IMG/VR virus record: IMGVR_UViG_3300025000_000055
DNA from: a virus
Lineage: Duplodnaviria; Caudoviricetes
DNA length: 64,000 bases
Direction: 5' to 3' (one strand)
The position numbers and the translations under genes are program-made. Under the pieces are notes generated by a model. That model did no database searches, was not told where the DNA came from, and worked only from the letters and a program-made list of their open reading frames with translations. Shown one piece after another: positions 1 through 9,335 of the stretch (position 1 is its first letter; each line of letters starts with the position of its first letter).

Positions 1-529
1 AAACACGATAACCATTTAAAATAAAATGACTAATTATATCTCTACCCTTACCAATAAAATTACCAAATAATTTTCCACTATCACAAATATAACAATTATT
101 ATCTCTAAATACTATAACCCTTTTTGATTTTTTCTTTTTTGTAATACCTGTTTCTTTAAGACCTTTATGAGATTTTGACATTAATTCTTTGGTCGTTTGA
201 TTTAAACAACCTTTTAAATCACCCAAGCGGGAATTATATCCAAATTCAGGATTTGTTGTATTAAAATACAGTATATAATATTTTTCCTTTCTGGATAATT
301 CTTTTTTAGAAAAAGCATCATCTATTACTTCAAAACTAAAATTATGAAAACCTATTTTATTAATAATTCTCATAATTGTGTAATTATATTTTTTATTAGA
401 AAAAACTTTACGTGTTTTATATTCATTAATTCTACGTATTATATTTTTAGTTTGACCGATATATTTTTTACCATTGTTTTTATTTGTTAGAACATATATA
501 AACCCGTAAGGTTTTATGTTGATTATCAT
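1..529 (-). CDS. Intron-encoded GIY-YIG homing endonuclease (runs off the window start; not in ORF track)
   Basis: ATG at 529 with SD AGGAGGTG (541-548); translates MIINIKPYGFIYVLTNKNNGKKYIGQT...ELSRKEKYYI...GYN...KELMSKSHKG (GIY-YIG motifs, NUMOD3-like); no stop before position 1. Confidence 0.9.
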   Translation of the reverse strand, partial: MIINIKPYGFIYVLTNKNNGKKYIGQTKNIIRRINEYKTRKVFSNKKYNYTIMRIINKIGFHNFSFEVIDDAFSKKELSRKEKYYILYFNTTNPEFGYNSRLGDLKGCLNQTTKELMSKSHKGLKETGITKKKKSKRVIVFRDNNCYICDSGKLFGNFIGKGRDIISHFILNGYRV

Positions 530-803
530 ATATTTATTTTCACCTCCTTATTTTTCCTTATAAACTAGTGGAGTTTGGCACGGTATTGCCTGCTATCCAT
601 ATTTCAGGACCGTAGGTTCTCTTAGTCAGTGTTTTCGCTTATGGACATGTCATATAGACAAGACTTGTAATTGTCATACAAGTAATCTTATTTAACTGAT
701 ACCGTTAGCAAGTAATAATAAAATATTACTCACACCGCTTGTTAAGCGTTCACATAGAACTCGCTATATCATTACTGATACGCCGGACCTTGATGGTAGA
801 TTG
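1..803 (-). mobile_element. Group I intron in RNAP beta' N-half gene (5' part; 3' end outside window)
   Basis: Begins after NAD codon GAT; P1 exon CGGAU / intron GUCCG with U-G at the splice site; 43/45-nt block (581-625) shared with the nrdD intron; hosts GIY-YIG ORF. Confidence 0.9.
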
Positions 804-2039
804 ATCCGCATTTAAAACCTTTAATATTTGTATAGGTAAACTCATTGTATATTGATCTGTATTATCATTCTTAATATCAACTATTTTCATTAAAAGCATA
901 GATCCATAATTAATTGTAGGGTTTCTATTGATAAGAACTTTTGGTTCCCACTTCTTTAATAAATATTTCATTATTTCATATATTTTATTATTATAAACAA
1001 TGGTACCTTTATACCAATATTCATATGCTTCATTCTCAGAAATATCATTTATTCTAGAAACATGAGTTATTATCTCATATTTATACAATTCTAAAAATGC
1101 CAAATAACCTAATTTAATTTCATTTGCTTTTAAAACAGGATCAGGTATTACAACGCAGCGGGCTGAAAAATTAATTTTACCACCGAGAATCTCCCATTTG
1201 ATATGACCTTTTCTTTGATCTATCTGTTTAAATATTAAATAACATAATTCAATTAATTTCTTTTGAATTATACTAAGAATTTTATTCTCATCTATATCCC
1301 CCCAGTCTTTATTCTTTCTAGTTTCTATTAAGTCTCTATCTTTTAATAGATTGCTTAAAGAAACTATTGGATTATATTTCTTATCCATAGAATTATAGAA
1401 AAATGATTCTCCTTTAAATTGAGAGGGTCTCAATACAGATGAATAAACTGGAATACATGAAGCAAATACTTTATCCTTCTCTTTATATAATTCTTCAATC
1501 ATTTCAATCTTATTCTTCTTTTTGGCTCTATAATAATCCATTATTTCATCAAATCTTTCTTTGAACTCCATAATACCAATACCTTTAAATGGAGTTTTAC
1601 CTTGTTTATTAATTATATGACCGTCCTTAGTAAATTCTTTATCATATTCAATAATTTCAAGGAAACCCTTTTCTCCAATTATTGATTTTAACATCCTGTA
1701 AAATATTGGATGTATTATAAAATACTCACCTAATTTAATCCAACCAGTAATCTTTAAATCAACATCTTTAAATTTAACTATTGTACCACATATAGAACAT
1801 TCTTCTTCATCATATAATCTACCTTTTAACTCACCACATTCACAAGTATATCTTTCAGCAAATGCATCATCATCTTCAAAATCTGTAGCAAATAAAGGTG
1901 ATTGGATACCATATTTAGATTTCTTCTGCTTACCTTTAAAAGCAGGTTCTTTTATTTCAAAACCTTTTCCTATAATAAAATCCTTTTCACACTCCTCATC
2001 CCAATTTAATTTTACTAGTCTAACTTCATCATGTTTCAA
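804..2039 (-). CDS. rpoC: Phage multisubunit RNA polymerase beta' N-terminal subunit, exon 1
   Basis: Zn ribbon CECG...CSICG, FSARCVVIPDP, NRNPT, ends at NAD of the catalytic NADFDGD; ORF-track tail QSTIKVRR... is intron read-through. Confidence 0.92.
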
Positions 2040-2105
2040 ATATAATACACCTCCATTTAATTATCTTATTTAAAAGTTCTTAGACTTTTAAATCTCTACT
2101 AAAAT

Positions 2106-2114
2106 ATAATATAT
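2106..2114 (-). promoter_or_regulatory. Putative early promoter motif ATATATTAT (also 5829-5837, 21847-21855, 26140-26148, 32684-32692, 32706-32714, 35433-35441, 36471-36479, 36941-36949, 41429-41437 on minus; 62557-62565 on plus)
   Basis: Recurs in intergenic DNA, often just past terminators, oriented with the next gene; resembles AR9/phiKZ early promoter consensus; caveat: very AT-rich genome. Confidence 0.65.
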
Positions 2115-2127
2115 GTATAAAAAAAAT

Positions 2128-2162
2128 ATTGTTTATCAGAAAATTATATTCTGATAAACAAT
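2128..2162. terminator. Intrinsic terminator hairpin
   Basis: ATTGTTTATCAGAA / TTCTGATAAACAAT arms, T-run on minus strand. Confidence 0.8.
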
Positions 2163-2169
2163 AATAAAA

Positions 2170-2529
2170 TTATTGAATTTTAAAAGGAGTTTTTAACAAT
2201 TTAAATATATCTTTTACCATTACCAATAATATATGAAAATGATGTTCATAAAAATCATTAACACCAGTTTTTTCTATTTCCTCTTTAAAACCTTTCATAA
2301 TCTCACACTTATCTTCTTTATAGTTATAATCAAGGATTTCTAAAATTTGTTCTTTAACATTTCTCTTACAAATTTCTTTATTTTTTACACCAGCTGGAGT
2401 TACAAATACCTCAGTTTTTTTCATAATTTCTTTTAATATATTTTCATTTAATTCATTAACATTTTTTAAAAATACATTAAAGTCAGTGGTATTATTTATT
2501 TCTAAAATTAATTTTTTATTCTCACCCAT
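2170..2529 (-). CDS. Hypothetical protein
   Basis: 119 aa ORF with SD, in operon. Confidence 0.75.
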   Translation of the reverse strand: MGENKKLILEINNTTDFNVFLKNVNELNENILKEIMKKTEVFVTPAGVKNKEICKRNVKEQILEILDYNYKEDKCEIMKGFKEEIEKTGVNDFYEHHFHILLVMVKDIFKLLKTPFKIQ

Positions 2530-2554
2530 TTTTTCAACATCACCCCATTTTTAT

Positions 2555-2779
2555 TTATTCTTTCCAGTTCATATTCTCTTTAATTGTAGTTAATAATAGC
2601 TTTTCATATTCTTTTTTATTTTGTAAAACTTCTTCAATAGTATTATTTGAATGAACAAAAGCTATTACAGTTTCATGACCAATAGGATTTTTTAATACCA
2701 ATCTAGTAGTTGTTTTAGTAGTATCAACATATTTATTTGATACATCATGAACATCTATAAATAACTCAAAACCTATCAT
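2555..2779 (-). CDS. Hypothetical protein
   Basis: 74 aa ORF, SD GGAGGG. Confidence 0.7.
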   Translation of the reverse strand: MIGFELFIDVHDVSNKYVDTTKTTTRLVLKNPIGHETVIAFVHSNNTIEEVLQNKKEYEKLLLTTIKENMNWKE

Positions 2780-2802
2780 ATACCCTCCATTTAGAAAATA
2801 GT

Positions 2803-3204
2803 TTATACTTCGTTTTTCCTATTTTCTAATTCCATTAATGAGCGTTCTAACATTATTCTTTGAATCATATAAATTTCTTTCATATGATTTTCTTTTTCCG
2901 ATTCATATAAAACTATTAATATTTCTATTTCATTTTTTATCCAAATTGACAAATTTTTTATTCTATTATTAGCTCTAAATAATTCATTACTAAGTCTAGT
3001 ATTATGATCGTGAAAATGTTGTCTACTACGAATAAGTTGTTCTTTTGTAACATCTTTAAAAAGTTTATTTTCAATTTCAGTTAATTCTAAATCTGGTGTA
3101 GGAACATTACCAAATATTTTTTCAATTAGTTCCCAGCCTTTATCTAAAGCATTATTTATTTGTTGTTCAATTAAATCTTTATCAGCTTTATCATTAACAT
3201 GCAT
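2803..3204 (-). CDS. Hypothetical coiled-coil protein
   Basis: 133 aa ORF, SD AGGGGG. Confidence 0.75.
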   Translation of the reverse strand: MHVNDKADKDLIEQQINNALDKGWELIEKIFGNVPTPDLELTEIENKLFKDVTKEQLIRSRQHFHDHNTRLSNELFRANNRIKNLSIWIKNEIEILIVLYESEKENHMKEIYMIQRIMLERSLMELENRKNEV

Positions 3205-3227
3205 TTTATAACATACCCCCTTTTAAT

Positions 3228-3497
3228 TTATTTTTCGTTTCCAGCTATTATTCTTATATCCTGTGAAGGAACATAATCAAGTATAACCTGTTTATTTAAA
3301 AATTCATTTAATTTAGGCATACTGTCAAAAGAACTCTCAACCTTCATATTATCAGGATTTAGTAATAAAACATTATCGTTAATCTTATTAAATATAATTA
3401 TACGCTTTATATGATATATACCATCAATATATTGAATATAATCTCCAATATTAAAGGCATACTTTGTCTTACTACCCTCTCTTATAAAAACAGGCAT
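3228..3497 (-). CDS. Hypothetical protein
   Basis: 89 aa ORF, SD AAGGAG. Confidence 0.75.
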   Translation of the reverse strand: MPVFIREGSKTKYAFNIGDYIQYIDGIYHIKRIIIFNKINDNVLLLNPDNMKVESSFDSMPKLNEFLNKQVILDYVPSQDIRIIAGNEK

Positions 3498-3519
3498 AAG
3501 TTCACTCTCCTTTATTTTT

Positions 3520-4818
3520 TTAAATTATTTCTTTTAATAATAATTTTTCTTTATAAGTATTAAAACTTTTAACATGTTCATTTTTATTTTTAGTTAGAAT
3601 GTTATATGTTGTTTCAACCGCTTCTTCAATGGTTAAATCATTATTACATGCTAATAAATATTTGGTACCAGTCATGATTTCTTTTAGATTAGCCATAGGT
3701 AAATTATCACTATATTTAACAAAAAGTTCTATAACTGCATTATCACTATCAGGTTTATTATCATCTTTATAGACTTTATATTCTGATAATAATTTTCCAA
3801 TATTTCTATTTTGGAAAAATGCACGGCGTATATTTTCTGATGGGTTATCAATTTTATATGTGCGATCAAAACGACCAGATCTATTCATAAAGGCAGGATC
3901 AATATGATCAGGATAATTTGTTGTACCAATGATATACACTCCAGATTGAACATCAATACCATCTAAAATATTTAGAAATTCTGATCTATTTCTTCCACTA
4001 ATTATTGAATCAATATCTTCAATTATAATAATAGCCTTTTTACCATTTAGTGATTTAATTAATATTGATAAAATTTTAGGTATATCATTAATATTAGGGT
4101 TTATTACTATTTTAGAAATCCTAGGTAATATCCTGATAATTTCCCGTATCATAGCACTTTTACCATTACCAGGTTCACCATATAAAATAACCCCTCGCTT
4201 ATACGTAATTTGTAATTTTTTATACATATTATATGTTTCCTCTTTAAAGAATAAATCAATATCTTTCATAACTTCTGTTATTGTTGAATCTTCAGTAAAT
4301 ATAAGTTTTTCTTTAATAATTTTTTTCTTCACAATATCAGCAGGTCTCTTTTCATGATTAGAAGAATTAGAGATTTCAATATATTCTCTATTTCTACATT
4401 TAAAATCAATTTCCCGAAACATATTAGTATTAGTATCTCGTTGTAATATTATCTTTGCATTTTTTGAAAATGTTTCTAAATACTCAGTGTCAATTAAAAA
4501 AGTGCATCGAATATAATAATAACCATTAGCCGTATATAACACAATAGAATTAATTTTTTTAGATATAGCAATACGCTGAAACATATTAAAATTAGATGAT
4601 AACTCATAACCATTAATCATTTCTGGTTGAGGGAGAATATCAGGGTAATCATAAACATTTCCTATATTTTTAAATTTACATTCATGAAGGATATCTTTAA
4701 TAATATCTTCACTATGTACTTGAAAATCAACCTTTTGATATTTTTCTAAATAAACACTACGTTCAAACAATTCTTCATTAACTAAGTTAACAAGTGCTAA
4801 TTCCATGGTTTTATCCAT
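3520..4818 (-). CDS. AAA+ ATPase
   Basis: Walker A GVILYGEPGNGKS, Walker B IIIIEDID, GTTN, RSGRFD arginine finger. Confidence 0.9.
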   Translation of the reverse strand: MDKTMELALVNLVNEELFERSVYLEKYQKVDFQVHSEDIIKDILHECKFKNIGNVYDYPDILPQPEMINGYELSSNFNMFQRIAISKKINSIVLYTANGYYYIRCTFLIDTEYLETFSKNAKIILQRDTNTNMFREIDFKCRNREYIEISNSSNHEKRPADIVKKKIIKEKLIFTEDSTITEVMKDIDLFFKEETYNMYKKLQITYKRGVILYGEPGNGKSAMIREIIRILPRISKIVINPNINDIPKILSILIKSLNGKKAIIIIEDIDSIISGRNRSEFLNILDGIDVQSGVYIIGTTNYPDHIDPAFMNRSGRFDRTYKIDNPSENIRRAFFQNRNIGKLLSEYKVYKDDNKPDSDNAVIELFVKYSDNLPMANLKEIMTGTKYLLACNNDLTIEEAVETTYNILTKNKNEHVKSFNTYKEKLLLKEII

Positions 4819-4867
4819 TATTTATACCTCCTAAAAATTATTAATACCAATTAATAATTTTTTTCAC

Positions 4868-5323
4868 TTAAAATAATTTAACTAATTTTTCTAATAGTTC
4901 TTGATAAATATACCAATCCTTACAGCAATCTTCTTTTGAGTATCCCACTATACACTCCCCTATACTTGGAATTAAACCTCTTCCACCCATCGGACGTTCA
5001 TTAAATGGTAAACTACAACCTTGTTCTGTTAATAACATACACACACCACCCCAAGAGGGATCGACAATAGGTGCATTTTTATTTCTTATTCTAAGATATA
5101 ATGTACGGTCTCTATCCTTATCAAAAATATCACCGTCCCACCAATCAATTGATATATAGTCTTTTTCAATTAAATCCTTTAAAGTTTCAAAATCTATATC
5201 TTCGAAATCTTTAGGTGAAAAGTGACATCCTAAATTTTTACAACATTTACCACCACATTCAAAACATAATTTACTATTTTCATTATTACTTTGAAAGTTA
5301 TTTTCTATTTCTATATTTAACAT
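4868..5323 (-). CDS. YkgJ-like cysteine-cluster (Fe-S/Zn) protein
   Basis: CFECGGKCC...GVCMLL...GCSL..NERP pattern. Confidence 0.7.
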   Translation of the reverse strand: MLNIEIENNFQSNNENSKLCFECGGKCCKNLGCHFSPKDFEDIDFETLKDLIEKDYISIDWWDGDIFDKDRDRTLYLRIRNKNAPIVDPSWGGVCMLLTEQGCSLPFNERPMGGRGLIPSIGECIVGYSKEDCCKDWYIYQELLEKLVKLF

Positions 5324-5339
5324 AATAAAACCTCCTAGA

Positions 5340-5792
5340 TTAATTATAAAATTCTGTATATCTCCTAATAAAATTTCTTACTTTATTAAGTTCATCAATA
5401 GTTGGTGTAAGTATATTAATACTATTCAATGAATTTAAAAAATCTTCTTCTTCAAAATGTAATTCATATTGAGGTGAATTACAATCACCATATTCGAACT
5501 CAATAGTGTCACAATTTATTTTACCTGAAATATCAATACATGTTCCGTCAGGTTTAATACAATAAGCATGTACTAAGGCTTTACTATATGTGGTTTCTTT
5601 ATTTTGTTCATTAACAAATTCTGCTTCTAAATCAAATAAAAGTTTTATATTATAACCAAGTTCTAAATGAAGAGCTTGGGCGAATATATGACATTTCCCA
5701 TATAAATACTGTTCAATAAATTTTCCATTTCCTCCCATTACTCCATAAAATGAGTGTTGTTCCATAAATTTAATCATTCTTTCTAATCTCAT
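5340..5792 (-). CDS. Hypothetical protein, possible Cys-His-Asp papain/transglutaminase-like fold
   Basis: GKCHIFAQAL...HAY...DISG. Confidence 0.5.
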   Translation of the reverse strand: MRLERMIKFMEQHSFYGVMGGNGKFIEQYLYGKCHIFAQALHLELGYNIKLLFDLEAEFVNEQNKETTYSKALVHAYCIKPDGTCIDISGKINCDTIEFEYGDCNSPQYELHFEEEDFLNSLNSINILTPTIDELNKVRNFIRRYTEFYN

Positions 5793-5843
5793 TTTTCATT
5801 ATCTCCTATTTATTTTATTTTCATATTAATAATATATAAATTA

Positions 5844-5877
5844 AAAGATATATGATAATTAATTATCATATATCTTT
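5844..5877. terminator. Perfect 34-bp palindrome, likely terminator
   Basis: AAAGATATATGATAATT-AATTATCATATATCTTT directly after the nrdD stop. Confidence 0.75.
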
Positions 5878-5893
5878 GTCTTAATTATTATGA

Positions 5894-8316
5894 TTATACT
5901 CCATCAATATGCGTTCCTCTATCTTTAAGTTCTGATTTCTTAGCACTATTAAACATATTTATTGTACTTAAATATCCTGTAATTCTTCTTACTCTATTAA
6001 TGTCTTCAGAACTACAGCTTGGACATTCCTTAGGATATACTCCCGAATAATTACATGAACGGCAAAAATCAACTGGGAAATTAATCCCACCGTACCCAAC
6101 ATCACACTCTTTCATATATTTAATAATATTAATTACAGCTTCAGTATTATAAAGAAAGGGAGATGATGACTCAATATAAGTAATATGACCGGCATTACAA
6201 TACTTATGAAAAGACCCTTCCAACATAATTTTACTGAACCAACCAATATTATATCCTACTGGTATATGAAAACTATTAGTATAATAATCTTTATCAGTAA
6301 CCCCTGGAATGATTCCAAATTGTTTTTTATCAAGTCTTAAAAATCGACCTGACAATCCTTCAGCTGGTGTTGCTAATAGAACAAAGTTAAGTTTTCTTTT
6401 AATTGTTTCATTATCACAAAATTTTCTCATTAATTTTATAATACTTAAACCAAGTTCATATACATCAGTATCTTCTCCGTGATGTTTACCAGTTAAAGAT
6501 ACTAATGCTTCTGCAAGACCAATAAATCCAATTGACATAGATCCATGTTTGATAGATTCTTCTATCTTATCATTATAATCTAATTTGTTAGAATCTAGAT
6601 ATAAACCTTGACCCATAATAAAAGGCATATCTCTTACAAGTAGATTCTTCTGTATGTCATATCTATGATTAAGTTGATCAAATATAAGATTTGATTTACT
6701 TTCAAGTAATGTAAAAAACTTTTCAATACTACCTTTTGCTTTTATTGCAAGTCTAGGTAAATTTAATGTTGTAAATGATAAGTTACCTCTCTTATCTGTA
6801 GTTTCAGGTCCATTAATATTACCAATAACCCTAGTTCTACAACCCATATAAGCTACTTCAGCATCACCTGTGTATTGCTTATTAAAACTAGAGTCCATAA
6901 ATGAAAAAGTTGGATTTAATTTAGTACCAGCTATTTCACAAGCTAATTTAAATAAATCATAATTTGGATCTCCTGGTTCTACATTAACACCATCTTTAAC
7001 TTTAAAAATAATATTTGGAAAAATTGGATTTTCTCCCTTACCTAAACCGGCTTTATATGCAAGTAAAATATTTTTTGTCACTTTTCTTCCTGCGTCACTC
7101 ATATCAGTACCAATATTTAAACTACTGAAAGGTACCTGAGCTCCAGCTCTAGAATGCATACTATTTAAATTATAAATAAGAGCTTCACATGCTTGATAAG
7201 CCTCGTTATCATTAGCATCAACAAAAAATTCAGCCATATCCTTATCAAAGAAAGCAAATGATTGACCACCGTGCATATCCACTGTACCGCCTCTTTTGAG
7301 GTATTTCAAACGGGTTAGACTATATCATATACCTATTTTTTATATAGGTACCCTGGCACTTCGGATCGGGATTTTCACCCTTATTACCCCTACTCTACTC
7401 GCTTCGTGTATCAATGATACCTTATTTTCAACATCAGAAAAGATGTGTATAGCTTTCGATAGTCGTTAGCGTTTCTCTAATATTTTTAAAAATATTAGAG
7501 CTTACGACGGTATTACCTGCTATCCATATTTCAGGACCGTAGGCTCTCTTAGAAAGTGTATTCGTTACTATATAACTAGTACTTATTTAACTTTTACCGT
7601 TAGCCAGATATTATATCTGACACCCATCTATTGATGGTTCACCAGGTTATTCAATGTACATTACTGTACAAGGGAACAAATTAATTATTCTGAGCACTTT
7701 GTAAAACTATAGCCGCTAATGCAGTTGCACTACTTGTTCTTTTAGGCGGTCTAATCCAACCATGTCCATTATCAAAACCTTTAGTTAGTATTTCTTTTAA
7801 AGGTATTTGTAAACATGTTAGAGTTTTTCCATAAAAATCTAAATCATGTATATGAATATAACCTTCTCTATGGGCATTTGATATTTCTTCAGGTATCATT
7901 CTAGATAAATAAAATTTTCTTGAAGCTTCGCTTGCAATTTGTAACATTTTAGCCATTGGTCCAGTACCAATATTTGCATTTTCTCTTGAAGTTTCTTTTA
8001 TTATATCTTCCACACAATCCATTAATTCACTTTGGCCTTCTCTAATACGAGTTCTATTATTTCTATATAAAATATATGCTTTTGCTGTTTTAGCTTTCCC
8101 ATTATCAATTAAGACTGTTTCAACAACATCCTGTATGTCTTCAACATTATGTATATCTTTACCTAAATTTTCTAATCTATTATAAACTTCTAAAGCTAAT
8201 TTAAAAGAAGTTGAATTATCATTTCCTCCTAATGACTGAGCTGCTTTAAAAATACAACTAGCCACTGTTTCAATACTAAAATCAACTATTCTACCATCAC
8301 GTTTCATAACTTGCAT
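5894..8316 (-). CDS. nrdD: Anaerobic ribonucleoside-triphosphate reductase; join(7687..8316, 5894..7279), 671 aa after splicing
   Basis: ATP cone MQVMKRDGR, spliced QSAQN|DMHGGQS, YMGCRT, RGNLSFTTLNL, LATPAEGL, C-terminal Zn ribbon and glycyl radical loop RVRRITGYL. Confidence 0.95.
7280..7686 (-). mobile_element. ORF-less group I intron (407 nt) in nrdD
   Basis: 5' splice after U (CAGAAU, P1 with GUUC), terminal G, R-like CUAACGACUA and S-like AUGAUAUAGUCU; removal restores the frame. Confidence 0.93.
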
Positions 8317-8348
8317 TTATATTCCCCCTTATTTTTTAATTATAATTA

Positions 8349-8909
8349 TTACACAAAATATTTATAATAAAGCTCTTTGATTATTTCAGCATCCCATAAA
8401 GCATTATGTTTTAAAGCTTCAGAATTAATTTTTTTATCTAATAAATCTTCTCTTGTAACATTAAAAGCTTTACGAGCATCTTTATTAAAGTATTTGATTA
8501 GGTCATTGTTAATATCATAACATGCTGGACATACATTTTTAGGTAAGTCAAAAGCTGTACCAAATAAATCAATAAGTAATACAAAGTCATAATGACATAC
8601 ATCTGAAACAAATAAAATTTCTTCATTATTAAATTTATTTAACCATTTCTTTAATTCTATTACTATCTCTTTTTTACTACCATAAAAATAATAATCTGGC
8701 ATTTTTGCTTTTTGTTCAATAATATTTTTTCTATTTACCCATAATTTATCAATAACATTTTTTTGTATCCAATTATCTACTTGTGATTTATTATAATCAT
8801 TGAACTCAGCATAAAAGTTGTCATCATTTTCTGATATAATACCTAATGAAATTAGAGTAGTCTCCTTATGGAGCCCTGTGAATTCGCAATCAAAAAATAA
8901 TTTTATCAT
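8349..8909 (-). CDS. DEDDh 3'-5' exonuclease (Rv2179c/DUF5051-like)
   Basis: FFDCEFTGL, YDFV, HNALWDA. Confidence 0.85.
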   Translation of the reverse strand: MIKLFFDCEFTGLHKETTLISLGIISENDDNFYAEFNDYNKSQVDNWIQKNVIDKLWVNRKNIIEQKAKMPDYYFYGSKKEIVIELKKWLNKFNNEEILFVSDVCHYDFVLLIDLFGTAFDLPKNVCPACYDINNDLIKYFNKDARKAFNVTREDLLDKKINSEALKHNALWDAEIIKELYYKYFV

Positions 8910-8975
8910 AATTTATTCCTCTTTTTTGTATTAATCATCCAAAGTTGTTGTTTCAGTTAATATTTCTTTTAGGTC

Positions 8976-9314
8976 CTAATTATCTTTATCTTTTCCTTCT
9001 GTATTATTACTTATTGTTTCAATACATAAATCAATACATTTTTGACAAATAGAAGCATTTTCAGAATAAATAATAATATTTTCATCAGAATTCTTTTCCC
9101 CACAAAAAGAACAAAAAACACCACTTTCTCTATAACTAGCTTTTGTAGAAGTAATAAAAATATTTTTAAGATTAAATTTATTTTTTTCAACCCAATTTTT
9201 AAAAATATTAATAATATCTTCAATATACTTTTCTTCTGGAACTAAAATTTTTGAATCTAAATGTAATAATTTAGTATTTATATTACTATTTTTATTAATA
9301 AAAGGTATTTTCAA
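8976..9314 (-). CDS. Small protein with ClpX-type C4 zinc-binding domain
   Basis: FCSFCGE...SICQKCIDLCIETI matches the ClpX N-terminal ZBD pattern; no AAA domain. Confidence 0.75.
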   Translation of the reverse strand: MKIPFINKNSNINTKLLHLDSKILVPEEKYIEDIINIFKNWVEKNKFNLKNIFITSTKASYRESGVFCSFCGEKNSDENIIIYSENASICQKCIDLCIETISNNTEGKDKDN

Positions 9315-9335
9315 AATAATATTCTCCTTTATATT

